A model generated the notes under the pieces. That model saw nothing but the letters and a program-made list of their open reading frames with translations, made no database searches and was not told the DNA's origin. From positions 480,001 through 544,000 of the forward strand of contig CAWHDP010000002.1 in assembly GCA_963828125.1 (NCBI GenBank): DNA of 64,000 nt, written 5' to 3'. The stretch's first letter is position 1. The number at the start of each line of letters is the position of its first letter. The position numbers were made by a program, and so were the translations under genes. Origin of the DNA: an uncultured Chlamydiae bacterium. Lineage in GTDB: Bacteria; Chlamydiota; Chlamydiia; Chlamydiales; SM23-39. This document shows, one piece after another, positions 20,334 through 31,172 of the stretch.

Positions 20334-21089
20334 CTACATCACCATGCCGCCGTCGACGGTCAAGACCTGCCCCGTCATATAGCCAGCCAAATCGCTGGCT
20401 AAAAAAAGGGCCGCATGGGCGATGTCCCGAGGATGGCCGATCCGGCCCATCGGTATTTTTGAAAGGATCGCCTCCTTAACGGAGGGGGAGAGCCCCTCTG
20501 TCATCGAGGTGTCAATATAGCCAGGGGCGATGCAATTGGCGCGGATGCCGCGGCTCGCAAGTTCCTTCGCAATGGATTGGGTAAATCCGATCATCCCCGC
20601 TTTCGAGGCGGCATAGTTGGCTTGTCCCGCATTGCCGATGAGTCCGATGATGGAGGTGATATTGATGATGCTGCCGCTCCGGGCTTTCATCATAGGCCGG
20701 CATAGGGCTTTGCACGTATGGTAGACCGATTTTAAGTTGACCTCCATCACGAGATCCCAATCTTCCTCGCCCATTTTCATGAGGAGATTGTCCCTCGTGA
20801 TCCCCGCATTATTGACAAGGATGTCGATTTTGCCGAAGTCTTGGAGTAATTTCTCAATGAACGGCCCTACCTCTTTCGATTGGGAGACGTCGACAAGGTG
20901 GGCGGCCATTTTTTGCTCGGGGTCTCCCTTGGCAGCTTCCAACTCTTTAAGGGCAAGGGCCGCTCTCTCCAGATGAGTTCCTAAAATAATGACGCTCGCC
21001 CCATGCTGGGCGTAGAGCGTCGCGATCGCCTTTCCGATTCCAGCAGTCCCCCCCGTAATCAGGGCCGTTTTCCCTTTAAGCCATTGCAT
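20334..21089 (-). CDS. fabG: 3-oxoacyl-ACP reductase
   Basis: [16 protein letters not shown] and YAASK motifs. Confidence 0.96.
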   Translation of the reverse strand: MQWLKGKTALITGGTAGIGKAIATLYAQHGASVIILGTHLERAALALKELEAAKGDPEQKMAAHLVDVSQSKEVGPFIEKLLQDFGKIDILVNNAGITRDNLLMKMGEEDWDLVMEVNLKSVYHTCKALCRPMMKARSGSIINITSIIGLIGNAGQANYAASKAGMIGFTQSIAKELASRGIRANCIAPGYIDTSMTEGLSPSVKEAILSKIPMGRIGHPRDIAHAALFLASDLAGYMTGQVLTVDGGMVM

Positions 21090-21996
21090 GAACCGTCTCC
21101 AAATCCGTTACTTTTTCTATCGACGCCATTGCAGAGACGTCCATTTTTTTATTCAGCCCGGTGAGCGTCTTCCCGCATCCGATTTCGAGAAAAAGCCCGA
21201 CGCCTCTCTTTTTCATCGCCTGGATCCCCTGTTCCCAGCGAACCGATTGAGTCACTTGGGAGATCAGATGGCGCCGGATCTCATCGAGGTTTTGGACAAA
21301 ATCGCCAGGGACGTTCATCACAAATTCCATGGGACTCTCTTGCAAAGGGGCCCTTTCGATAAAGGGGGCGAGCTCTTCTTGAGCGGCGCGCATCAGGCCG
21401 CTGTGAAAAGCGCCATGGACTGCGAGGGGTAAGATCCTCCTAGCTCCCCGCTCTTTGAGGAGGAGGGCCCCTTGTTCGACCCCTTTCTGAGTACCGGAAA
21501 TCACCGTCTGTCCGGGGGCGTTGAAATTGGCGACCCACACATCGGAGAGGCCGGAGAGCGCCTCCTCAATAGAGAGAGGGTCGAGTCCCAAGACGGCCGC
21601 CATAGTCCCCGAGGTCCTTTCACACGCCTCATTCATCAAACGGGCCCGTTCCCGCACCAAGAAGAGGGTCTCGGCAAAGCTGAGACGCCCGCTTGCGCAA
21701 AGGGCGGTGTACTCCCCCAAACTCAAACCTGCAACAACAAACGGCTTGAGGTGGGGAAGCTCTTTCAAAGCCGTTCGCAAGATGGCCATACTCGTCACAA
21801 AAATAGCGAGCTGACTATTTTTCGTCTGAGTTAAAAGCCCCTCCGGCCCCTCGAAAATAAGAGTGGATAATTTTTGTTTCAATCGTTCGTCAGCCTCTTG
21901 AAAGGTCTCTTTCGCAATAGAGAAAGAATCGAAAAAATCTCTCCCCATATGGACGTATTGAGCCCCCTGGCCCGGAAAAAGGATCGCTATCTTCAT
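21076..21996 (-). CDS. fabD: Malonyl-CoA:ACP transacylase
   Basis: FPGQGAQ, GLSLGEY and GAFHS motifs. Confidence 0.96.
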   Translation of the reverse strand: MKIAILFPGQGAQYVHMGRDFFDSFSIAKETFQEADERLKQKLSTLIFEGPEGLLTQTKNSQLAIFVTSMAILRTALKELPHLKPFVVAGLSLGEYTALCASGRLSFAETLFLVRERARLMNEACERTSGTMAAVLGLDPLSIEEALSGLSDVWVANFNAPGQTVISGTQKGVEQGALLLKERGARRILPLAVHGAFHSGLMRAAQEELAPFIERAPLQESPMEFVMNVPGDFVQNLDEIRRHLISQVTQSVRWEQGIQAMKKRGVGLFLEIGCGKTLTGLNKKMDVSAMASIEKVTDLETVHAMA

Positions 21997-22985
21997 TCTG
22001 CCCTCAATACGCTGGCTCCCCAGGCAAGGCCCGATCCAAACGCTGTCAATAAAATATGTTCCCCGCTCTTGAGCGGTCCGCTTTTTAAGAGCTCATCGAG
22101 GGCAATGCCGACCGATGAGGCGGATGTATTTCCATATTTTTCGACCGTTTTAAAAATTCTTTCGGGAGGGAGGTGCTCAAAACGCTTCGCAATCGCATCG
22201 ATAATCCTCATATTGGCCTGGTGGGGAATCAGCCAACTGATCTCCATCTCGGTCAGTCCCGCCGTATCAAGGCATTTTTTACAAGCTGCCTCCATCCGCC
22301 TGACGGCATGCTTAAATACCTCCCTGCCAACCATTTTGATATAATGACCGCGAGAGGCCACGCTCTCGGCCGTCGCAGGACATCTGCTGCCACCGGCCGG
22401 AATGACGATGAGCTCCGCCTGCTCTCCGTCACAGCCGAGTTGAACGCTTTCAATCGCAAGACCGGTCCCCTCTCCGGAGATCACGCAAGCGGCCGCCCCG
22501 TCCCCAAAAAGGACGCACGTCGTCCGATCCGTATAGTCTGTAAAGGCGGAAAGCTTATCGGCCGCGACGACAAGGACATTTTTGTAAGAGCCGCTCTCAA
22601 TAAAAGATTTAGCCATAGAGAGAAGATAAAGAAAGCCTGTGCAAGCGGCCTGTACGTCGACGCCAGCTCCGTTTTTCGCGCCAATCGCATGTTGAATAAG
22701 GCAGGCTGTGCTGGGAAAAGGGTAATCGGGCGTCGAGGTCGCTACAAGGATAAAATCGATCTCATCGGATCCAATTTTAGCATCGGAGATCGCCGCGAGG
22801 GCCGCCTTGACCCCCATGTGGGAGGTACACTCTTCAGCCCCTGCAATCCGCCGTTCTTTCATCCCTGTACGGGTGACAATCCATTCGTCGGAGGTCTCAA
22901 CCATTTTCTCTAAATCGGCGTTGGTGAGAACCTTTTCTGGAAGGTAGGAACCCGTACCTATAATTTTTGCTTTCTTTTTCATCAT
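21993..22985 (-). CDS. fabH: Beta-ketoacyl-ACP synthase III
   Basis: AACTGF, FGDGA, PHQAN, GNTS and FGSG motifs; start at MMKKK. Confidence 0.96.
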   Translation of the reverse strand: MMKKKAKIIGTGSYLPEKVLTNADLEKMVETSDEWIVTRTGMKERRIAGAEECTSHMGVKAALAAISDAKIGSDEIDFILVATSTPDYPFPSTACLIQHAIGAKNGAGVDVQAACTGFLYLLSMAKSFIESGSYKNVLVVAADKLSAFTDYTDRTTCVLFGDGAAACVISGEGTGLAIESVQLGCDGEQAELIVIPAGGSRCPATAESVASRGHYIKMVGREVFKHAVRRMEAACKKCLDTAGLTEMEISWLIPHQANMRIIDAIAKRFEHLPPERIFKTVEKYGNTSASSVGIALDELLKSGPLKSGEHILLTAFGSGLAWGASVLRAE

Positions 22986-23095
22986 ATATGTCGGGTGCGA
23001 GTTTAGCGGATGGGCGTTTAATTTGGAAGGGAGGTTTTGTTCAGTAAAAATTTGAACCAAAAAGAAAATAGCCCTTTCTGATATAGTCCTCGTCT

Positions 23096-23692
23096 ATGGC
23101 CCATAAATTCCCAGAAGATCTCTTAGCCCTCGTCGCCCATCTCAAAAAACTCCCTGGCGTCGGCGCCCGGACCGCCGAGCGTTTCGCCTTCGAATTTCTC
23201 ACCTGGAGCGCCTCTTCGCTCCAAGAGCTCGGAGCCACCCTCTCCGATCTCCGAGAAAAAGTTCCCCCTTGCCCCACTTGCGGCTGTCTCTCCGATCGGG
23301 GCCATTGCAGATTTTGCCTCCGCCGCGACACGGCCTCCCTTTGTCTCATCGCCTCGCCCCGCGACGCCTACGCAATCGAAGAGACTGGCCATTATAAGGG
23401 CCTCTACCACGTGATCGAGCACCTCCTCTCCCCTCTCGACGGACGGCACGCAGACAAACTCCGCCTCGACCGGATCGAAAAACGGATCGAAGAGCACAAT
23501 ATCCGCGAAGTAATCATCGCCTTCGATTCGACGCTCGAAGGAGATACCACCGCACTGTATCTCAAAAGCGGACTCGCCCGCCCCAATCTATCTATTTCCC
23601 GCCTCGCATTTGGCCTTCCGGTCGGCAGCAGTCTCGAATACATTGACGGAGGGACGCTCGCCCGTGCGCTCTCGGGCCGTCAAGCGCTGTAG
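23096..23692 (+). CDS. recR: Recombination protein RecR
   Basis: LPGVG.RTAER, C4 zinc finger, EGDTTA and SRLAFGLPVG motifs. Confidence 0.96.
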   Translation: MAHKFPEDLLALVAHLKKLPGVGARTAERFAFEFLTWSASSLQELGATLSDLREKVPPCPTCGCLSDRGHCRFCLRRDTASLCLIASPRDAYAIEETGHYKGLYHVIEHLLSPLDGRHADKLRLDRIEKRIEEHNIREVIIAFDSTLEGDTTALYLKSGLARPNLSISRLAFGLPVGSSLEYIDGGTLARALSGRQAL

Positions 23693-23721
23693 TTGCAAAA
23701 ATTGTTCCGACTTTCTATAAT
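23693..23721 (+). promoter_or_regulatory. sigma70/66-type promoter of bamA-skp-lpxD
   Basis: TTGCAA-N17-TATAAT. Confidence 0.7.
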
Positions 23722-23746
23722 CGACTGACTACGACGGATTGACCGA

Positions 23747-26149
23747 ATGCGTTTCATTAGATCTTATGCCCTTTTATCGATATTGCTTGCGAGCGCGACT
23801 GCTCCGCTGATTTCCGCCGAGTTATATGACGACCGGAAAGTTTCACACATCGAAATCATCGTCGACTCTGAAGAAAATGCTCGAGTCGATCCCGCTCCCA
23901 TCTTGTCGCGATTGAAAACGCGCGAGGGGGATGATTTTTCCCAGCTCACGTTTGATAGCGACCTCAAGACATTGGCAGGCGAGTATGATCGGGTGGAGCC
24001 CTCCATCCGCTTGCAAAACGGCCAGGTGTTTATCACGCTCCACATCACCCTGAAGCCGGTCATCCACCAAATTCAATGGAGCGGCAATCTCCAATACTCG
24101 ACCTCAACCCTGCAGAAAGAGTTGGACGTCAAGCCGAATACCGTCTTCAACCGGCAAGAATTCAATAGAGCGTTCAATAAGGTCAAGGAGTTCTACTTTA
24201 AAAAAGGCTATTTTGAATCGCAGCTCAGCTATCATGTGCAGCCGCTAGAGGGGACCGACCAGATCGATATCTGGATCGATGTCCAAGAGGGGCGGCCTGG
24301 CCACATCCGGAAGATCGTATTGAATGGCTTCACCCCTTCGGAACAAGACGATATCAATGAGCAGATGTATTTAAAAAAATACAACTTCCTCACTAGCTGG
24401 CTCACCGGCACTGGGGTCTATCGCGACGAGGCGCTCGAACAAGACCGGATGACGATCCTCAATTACCTCCACAACAAGGGCTATGCCGATGCGCGGGTTC
24501 AGATCGATCTCATCGACGATCCAGAGAGCGGCAAGTTAATCATCGACATCACGGCGCATAGAGGCCAAATCTACCGTTTTGGCTCCATCTCATTTGAGGG
24601 CAATACCTTGATTTCTGACGAGGAAATCGCCCAAAAATTGCTCGTTGCGCAAGGGGAGAATTTTTCTCCCGACAAGGTGCGCGACACAGGACAGACGATC
24701 AAAGATCTCTATGGGCAAAAAGGGTACATCGACGCAAGCGTCCAATATGAGACGATTTTGATGGAACATGAGCCGGTCTTCGACGTCCGGTTTTCGATCG
24801 ATGAAGGGGAACAATACAAAGTAGGGCTTGTCCACATTTTTGGCAATGTGTCGACAAAGGCGAATGTGATCCTCCGCGAATCTCTCCTCGTCCCCGGGGA
24901 GACCTTCGATTCGCGCAAACTGAGAGTGACCCAACAGAGGCTCGAGGCGATCGGCTACTTTAAGAGCGTCAACGTGTACGCCGTCCGTTCGGCAGATGAT
25001 GAGCGTCTGGGCGATACGTACCGAGACGTCTATATCGAAGTCGAAGAGACGACGACCGGAAACGTCAGCCTATTCATGGGATTTAGCTCTATGGACGACG
25101 TATTCGGCGGGATCGATCTCACCGAAAGAAATTTCAATCTGAGAGGAATAGGCAAAGCCCTCGGCGGCCACCTTTCAGCCCTGAGAGGCGGCGGGGAATT
25201 CTTCCACGTCAGGGGCACCGTCGGCAAAAAGCAGAACAACATCCTCGTCTCCTGGATGAATCCGTACGTCAATGACACGTTATGGCGGCTTGGGGTTGAA
25301 GTGAGCCGGACATTCAGCGAACTACAAAATCACGTGATTGTGGTCACCTATGGTGGTTCCGTTTATACAAATTATCCACTGACTCAATATTGGACCGTCG
25401 GCATGCGGCAGAGGGTGAGACACTCGAAGGACGATTTGAATTTGCATCCTCTTGACGATTCAGAGATCGCGAAGCAATCTGTCAAAAACATGAAAAAACA
25501 GCTCAACCAAGATGGGCTGATTTCGGCCTTTAGCGGCAATCTGAGCTACGATTCCACCGATAATCCCTTTAAGCCCCACCGCGGCTGGCGCTCCTATTTC
25601 GAGACCGAGGCAGCTGGAGTCGGCGGCAGCTACCAATTCTTCAAATTCAGCTACCTCAACTCGATTTATTTCCCTGTCTGGCGGAAAGGGACGCTGAAAC
25701 TCCGCGGAGACTTCAAATACATCATCCCCTTCGGGAGAACAAGCAAAGAAACAGTCCCTTACAGCGAGAGATTCTTCCTCGGCGGAGAGACCACGGTTCG
25801 CGGCTACAAACCGTTCCTCCTCGGACCCCTGGTCGCATTGGAAAATGCACAAAAGCAAAAAGAGCTGACAGACACCCCCTACGGAGGGCTATCGTCCTCA
25901 ATGCTCTCTTTAGAGTTCAACCAAGAAATTTTTAAGATGTTAGATATTTTTGCCTTTTTCGACGTCGGCAGCGTCACATTCGGCGAATTTGACGTGACGC
26001 AAATCCGCCCCACGACCGGTTTAGGAATCCGGATCGACATTGGAAATCGGACCCCGATTATGGTCGGTACAGGCATTCCACTAGTCAAAAAAGACAGACA
26101 TGAGGGAAAATGGCAGAAAGTCTTCTTCTCAATGGGCGGACAATTTTAA
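23747..26149 (+). CDS. bamA: Outer membrane protein assembly factor BamA/Omp85
   Basis: Signal peptide, POTRA repeats (Y..KGY), FFLGGETTVRGY, C-terminal F. Confidence 0.96.
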   Translation: MRFIRSYALLSILLASATAPLISAELYDDRKVSHIEIIVDSEENARVDPAPILSRLKTREGDDFSQLTFDSDLKTLAGEYDRVEPSIRLQNGQVFITLHITLKPVIHQIQWSGNLQYSTSTLQKELDVKPNTVFNRQEFNRAFNKVKEFYFKKGYFESQLSYHVQPLEGTDQIDIWIDVQEGRPGHIRKIVLNGFTPSEQDDINEQMYLKKYNFLTSWLTGTGVYRDEALEQDRMTILNYLHNKGYADARVQIDLIDDPESGKLIIDITAHRGQIYRFGSISFEGNTLISDEEIAQKLLVAQGENFSPDKVRDTGQTIKDLYGQKGYIDASVQYETILMEHEPVFDVRFSIDEGEQYKVGLVHIFGNVSTKANVILRESLLVPGETFDSRKLRVTQQRLEAIGYFKSVNVYAVRSADDERLGDTYRDVYIEVEETTTGNVSLFMGFSSMDDVFGGIDLTERNFNLRGIGKALGGHLSALRGGGEFFHVRGTVGKKQNNILVSWMNPYVNDTLWRLGVEVSRTFSELQNHVIVVTYGGSVYTNYPLTQYWTVGMRQRVRHSKDDLNLHPLDDSEIAKQSVKNMKKQLNQDGLISAFSGNLSYDSTDNPFKPHRGWRSYFETEAAGVGGSYQFFKFSYLNSIYFPVWRKGTLKLRGDFKYIIPFGRTSKETVPYSERFFLGGETTVRGYKPFLLGPLVALENAQKQKELTDTPYGGLSSSMLSLEFNQEIFKMLDIFAFFDVGSVTFGEFDVTQIRPTTGLGIRIDIGNRTPIMVGTGIPLVKKDRHEGKWQKVFFSMGGQF

Positions 26150-26172
26150 CAAAAAATGAAAGGAGCATGAAC

Positions 26173-26778
26173 ATGCGTAAATTTTTCCTCTCGGCAGCCA
26201 CCACTTTTGGCCTCATCGCGGCCTCAGCCATAGCTGCTGAAAATCCCCTGATCGGCGTCGTCAATTTCGCCACCTGTATCTCCGAGTCGAAGACCGGTAA
26301 GAAAGAGCAGGAAAACATGGAAAGTATGCGCAAGCAGATGTCTACGCTGATCGAAGACACCCAGAAAGAAATCGACGAGATTTCTACAAAATTTGAAGAC
26401 CCTGAGTATTTGGACAGCCTCTCTCCCAAAGCGGAAGAAGACCTCAAAGTACGGTTCCAAGCGCTTCAAGAAGAGCTCGGTCAGTATCAAAACCAATTTT
26501 ATCAGGTGCTCAACCACGCCAACTATCAAATGATTCAAAAAATGAGCGGCAACATTGCCAAGGCAGCTGAAAAAGTGGCGAGCGAGAGGCATTTGGATTA
26601 CATCATGAATAAAGAAGCCTGCTTCTACATCCGTTCAGATCTCGATGTGACAACACAAGTGATCGGTGAGATGGATAAGAGTTTTGAGTTAGACGCTAAG
26701 GCAAAAAAACTCACTGAGAACGGAGAGGAGCTCCAGATCAACGCAATTGAAGAAACGATGCTAGATCAGGCAGGTTAA
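26173..26778 (+). CDS. skp: OmpH/Skp periplasmic chaperone
   Basis: Signal peptide, IGVVN, coiled coil, DVT..VI; lies between bamA and lpxD. Confidence 0.9.
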   Translation: MRKFFLSAATTFGLIAASAIAAENPLIGVVNFATCISESKTGKKEQENMESMRKQMSTLIEDTQKEIDEISTKFEDPEYLDSLSPKAEEDLKVRFQALQEELGQYQNQFYQVLNHANYQMIQKMSGNIAKAAEKVASERHLDYIMNKEACFYIRSDLDVTTQVIGEMDKSFELDAKAKKLTENGEELQINAIEETMLDQAG

Positions 26779-27827
26779 TGAGCTATACGCTAGCTGAACT
26801 GGGCGCCCTTTTCGGCGCCCGACTCATAGGCGATTCATCGACGCCTATTTTTGGAGTGAATACGCTAGATGAAGCGGGTCCGACAGACGCCTCCTTTCTC
26901 GCCAATCCCCGTTATACCGAGGCGATGAAGAGTTCCAAGGCGGGGGTCGTCTGCGTCACTCCTCAGACTCCCTTACCCGAGGGGAAAAATTTTCTCATTT
27001 CGGAGGATCCCTCCCGCACTTTCCAGCAAATAGCCGAACTCCTCCTCCGGCTCACCCATTCAGGTTTTATCGGCGTCCACCCTTCAGCGGTCATTCACCC
27101 CACTGCAACGCTCGGCCCCAATGTCACAGTAGGCCCCCACGCCGTCATCGACCGAGACGCCAAGATAGGCCCTGGGACCCATATCGGCCCCAACGTCTCC
27201 ATTGGCTTTGAAGTGGAGATCGGCGCCGACTGCCACATCCATCCCCACTGCACCATCCGCGAGCGTTGCCAGCTAGGGAACCGGGTCATTTTACAGCCCG
27301 GAGCCGTCATCGGCTCCTGCGGTTTTGGCTACACCCCCGACAAACTCGGCCGCCACATGAAGCTCGAGCAGCTCGGCGTCGTCATCCTCGAAGACGACGT
27401 CGAGGTCGGCGCCAATACCGCCATCGATAGATCCCGCTTCAAAGCGACAATCATCCGGAAAGGGACCAAAATCGATAATCTCGTCCAAATCGCCCACAAC
27501 GTCGAAATCGGCGAACACAACATCATCGCCGCGCAAACTGGGGTCGCCGGCTCGGCCAAGACCGGCAAATACGTCATGCTCGGCGGCCAAGTGGGGATCG
27601 TCGGTCACGTTGAGCTAGACGATCACGTCCTCGTCGCCACCCGAGGCGGAGTCAGCAAATCGCTCAAAGCTGGCAAATACCGCGGCAGCCCCGCCCTCCC
27701 GATCGCCGAATACCATCGGCAAGAGGTTCACGTCCGCAAACTCGACGAGTATGTCCAAAGGCTCAAAGAGCTTGAGAAAAAATTGCAGTCATCGAAGGAT
27801 CCAGCATCCACCTCTTGCATACCTTGA
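26778..27827 (+). CDS. lpxD: UDP-3-O-acylglucosamine N-acyltransferase
   Basis: Hexapeptide repeats; GFGY and [13 protein letters not shown] motifs. Confidence 0.96.
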   Translation: MSYTLAELGALFGARLIGDSSTPIFGVNTLDEAGPTDASFLANPRYTEAMKSSKAGVVCVTPQTPLPEGKNFLISEDPSRTFQQIAELLLRLTHSGFIGVHPSAVIHPTATLGPNVTVGPHAVIDRDAKIGPGTHIGPNVSIGFEVEIGADCHIHPHCTIRERCQLGNRVILQPGAVIGSCGFGYTPDKLGRHMKLEQLGVVILEDDVEVGANTAIDRSRFKATIIRKGTKIDNLVQIAHNVEIGEHNIIAAQTGVAGSAKTGKYVMLGGQVGIVGHVELDDHVLVATRGGVSKSLKAGKYRGSPALPIAEYHRQEVHVRKLDEYVQRLKELEKKLQSSKDPASTSCIP

Positions 27828-27842
27828 ATGAAGTAAAAGTTC

Positions 27843-28023
27843 AGGGGAGGATATCACAAATGGTTGACAGTTTGGAAGGAGGGAAGGCATATTGGAGCCA
27901 TGACTGTCACTCCGATGATGTCCCAATGGCAAACATGCAAGGATCAGAGCAAAAACGCCCTGCTCCTTTTTCGTTTAGGCGATTTTTACGAGGCCTTTTA
28001 CGAGGACGCCCAGATCATTTCAA
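27843..28023 (+). repeat. 181-bp perfect direct repeat, copy 1 (mutS promoter + first 41 codons)
   Basis: Base-for-base identical to 31963..32143 (offset 4120). Confidence 0.95.
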
Positions 28024-28046
28024 TAGACCCCTCTAAAATCTGGTGA
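27900..28046 (+). pseudogene. mutS: Duplicated mutS 5' fragment (MTVTPMM...QIIS, then 7 unrelated codons and a stop)
   Basis: Identical to the mutS N-terminus up to 28023, then diverges. Confidence 0.85.
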
Positions 28047-28091
28047 GGATTCTACACCCATGCATTATTTATTGAAAGGAAAAAATTTATC

Positions 28092-28139
28092 TATACTGTG
28101 GCCACCCCAAATTCACATTTTTGAGGTGGCCGCAGTATA
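28092..28139. repeat. Short palindromic element, internally deleted relative of 46459..46541
   Basis: TATACTGTGGCCACCCCAAA...TTTTGAGGTGGCCGCAGTATA; shares CCCAAATTCACA.TTTTG.GG.GGCCGCAGTATA with the other copy. Confidence 0.85.
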
Positions 28140-29567
28140 ACACTGGACATTGGCCATTTACGGTGTCAAATTTTCCTTTTTTAGAAAAATAAATCTTTTT
28201 GTATAGTGATAGCCTTTCTTAAAAAGGATTGGGGGGGGCTTATGCTTCGCTATTTTTTCATTTTCTTCCTACTGATTTCTTCTGCTTACAGTGATAGGTC
28301 GTATTGGGACGACGTAGCTGATGATGATTTTGAAGATGACGAAAGCCCCAATTCGAGCATGCCCAGTCAAGTTACCTATGGCGGCATGACCATTGAATGC
28401 AATTATGGATGTGGCGATTTTTCCTCTAACTCGAGTTTTAGTGACATGTCTTCCATCCTCAGACAGGCTATTGACAAAGCGTTTCACTCATGTTCTCCCA
28501 TCTATTTAGGCTGGGGTCCATTTAGTCATCCATTTCCCTTTTATCCATGGGAGCGAAAATGGCCCTATAAATATATTGTATATAATTGGGAAAAAACAAA
28601 GGGATTCTATCTGCAAGACAATCCAAGACAAGAATATTCGTTCACCAGTTACCCACAATTTCTCGAGCTTACCTTTGCATTGAGAAAGGATGTACGCTTT
28701 TACTCTTTCGGGGTGTATGAACAAGAACTCAAGTTTTCTTGCGCTACCTTATCGCGCCTTCGGCAAATCGAAGAACAGGGTGAATATGGAAATATTGAAT
28801 TCGATGAGCGGGGACAATTGGATCTTTACGATTGGGGAAAATCCTCTAGCCAATCCAAGGACATCTCTATCTTCATTAAAGATTTAAACAATAAAATCAA
28901 CTATCTAGATGAAAAAATATCAAGCTTCTCTTCTGTTGAGTATGAGAAAAACAAGGAAATCATTGAAATAGCGATCCGAAAAATAGATGACAAATTTCGC
29001 CGTATTTTCATTCGGTGCCTCGAGCGCCATCAACCGGAGGGAATTGCCTTTCATGGAGCCTTGGAAGGACTCATTGGACAAGATTTTTATGAGGCCATTG
29101 ATCAGATCCGTTGGCTGATCGAAATAGCGGAAAAACATCATGTACAAGATGAACTTCTATCTAAACTCTATCTCCTAAAAGGGCAGATACAGTCTGAATA
29201 CGGCCTCTATGCGGCAGCTATCATAGGATTGACCACAGCAATCCAGAAAAATCCACAAATGAAGGAGGCCTACTTCGAGCGAGCTGCCGCCTATTTTGAA
29301 CTGGGCGATTTCGAACGGGCAATAGAGGACTATCTCGCTTCGGATATACACCCTTCTTATTTTGAAAGTCCCGCCCAATTAGGACTTGGGATTACAGCTG
29401 GCATTGTGATCGGAGCCAAGGCATCCACTCTCGAATTTATCCCCACCATGCTGGGGACTGTCCAAGGTCTTGGAGCAGGCATCTGGACTCTTCTTAAAAC
29501 TCCAGTGGCTACCTCTCAGGAATTTGTCAATGCTGTTATCCAATGCATTGAGTATATCCAATCCATT

Positions 29568-30541
29568 TGTCAGGCGACAGTGTAAAATGACCCCCTTTCG
29601 ACATTGAAAAGTGACCCACCCCCCTATTTGAAGTGAGAGTAAGCATGGAACCAATAAAATCTCTGCTGTTGTAACAGGAGACAGTAAAGAGAGAATGGAA
29701 CCACCTAATGTGGTAGAGAAAATTTTATATTTGTCATCAGAAGGGTGGGGTAAAAGACGGATTGCCAAAGAGCTTGGAATTAGTGCCAATACCGTTAAAC
29801 ACTACCGGCGACAAGGGAAATGGCGCCCATATAATATTTCCAAAAGAATTAAGAGGCTGGAAGCATTAGATGTCTGGCTCGAAGAAATGTTTAACCTCCA
29901 TAAAGGTAATGCAGAGGTTATCCGCCAAGAGTTGGTTCGTCAACACAATCTGCAAGCTGATCTACGCACTGTCGAAAGAGCAGTTAAACTATTTAGACAA
30001 AGGGCCTTTGCTTCAGCAAAGGCGACGATTCGGTTTGAGACGCCGCCGGGCAAGCAGATGCAAATTGACTTTGGATCGATTACTATCAAGATTGCAGGAG
30101 AGCCGAAGAAGATCTATTTTTTCGCGGCAGTTCTTGGTTTTTCACGCCGCCAATATATACAGGCCTTTATCCATGAACGACAATCGGCCTGGTTTGAGGG
30201 GCTTGAAGGAGCCTTTAACCATTTTGGAGGGATCCCATCAGAAGTCTTAATGGACAATCCAAAGCCACTTGTTATCAGTCACAACCCGCAGACACGAGAA
30301 GTGGTGTTCAATGAACGCCTACATGCGTTTGCTAACTATTGGAAATTCAAGCCCAAAGCATGCGCCCCTTATAGAGCAAGAACGAAGGGGAAGGACGAAA
30401 ACACGGTCAAATATTTTAAGTATAATGGAATTGCCGGAAGGGAGTTCTCAAGCTGGGAGGCTCTTGGCGAACATATCGTTTGGTGGATGAGAGATATTTC
30501 AGACCTCAGAATCCATGGGACTACTGGAGAAAAACCAATCG
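29568..30541 (+). mobile_element. Truncated IS21-family element (left end + partial istA; no istB or right end)
   Basis: Begins TGTCAGGCGACAG; subterminal repeats CGACAGTGTAAAATGACCCC / CGACATTGAAAAGTGACCCA; CCATT on both sides. Confidence 0.9.
29695..30541 (+). pseudogene. istA: IS21 transposase IstA, C-terminally truncated
   Basis: HTH (RIAKELGISANTV); RFETPPGKQMQIDFG, DNPK, RARTKGKDE and RIHGTTGEKP motifs; ORF then runs into toxin DNA. Confidence 0.92.
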
Positions 30542-31172
30542 CCATTCCACTTTCGAGTGCATTCAGGATATGGTGCCTGAACTCAAAGAGCTCTTCCAGC
30601 ACTACGATCAATTGGACGATTTTCAAAAAGGCAAACTCATCGGCCAGACAATAGGAAAATATGGAGTGGATATTTTGCTCACTCACCAAAGCATCGCTTT
30701 TCTAAAATCCTACCAAAATCTGAAAAAAGCCAATAAGGCCTTGACGCTTGATGCTCTTGCATCTTCAGGAAAGGCTCAAACTATCTTAGCCGAAACGGAA
30801 CAACGCTGGAGCAACGTTCATATTGAAAGAATCAGAAATGGCGAAGTGAAGATTGTACAAGCTAAGCAGGGCAAGCATATGATAGGGCATAAAAATTACG
30901 AAGATTTAGTTAAAAGGAAAGAAAATCCGAGTATTTTCATGCATCCGGATCCTCAAAAAATTCTCACTGAATACGGAGGAACTGGGATTAAAGATATCAA
31001 TTGTTCAGAAACTGTTGTTGGAGTTGCAGGCTACAGAGAGATCGTCGACTTCAAGCAATTCATTGGCTATTCAGTGGCAGAAGAAACCGGAATAAAAACT
31101 GCAACAACCTTAGGTAAAATCCATTACGCTAAAGATGGTGCACATATTGTCCCGTTTGTCGAAAGGTAATTT

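Larger units (their letters stand above)
28242..31169 (+). pseudogene. Polymorphic toxin (Sec signal - TPR - Gly-rich hydrophobic region - Ntox50-like RNase), interrupted by IS21 remnant
   Basis: N-part 28242..29567: signal MLRYFFIFFLLISSAYS, two TPRs. C-part 30543..31169: KQGKH..GH.NY ... GKIHYAKDGAHIVP. Confidence 0.8.

Noticed and set aside
30480..30542. N-terminus (MVDERYFRPQ...) of ORF 30480..31169 as a real gene start
   Set aside because: It is istA DNA read in another frame; toxin sequence resumes only at about 30543.
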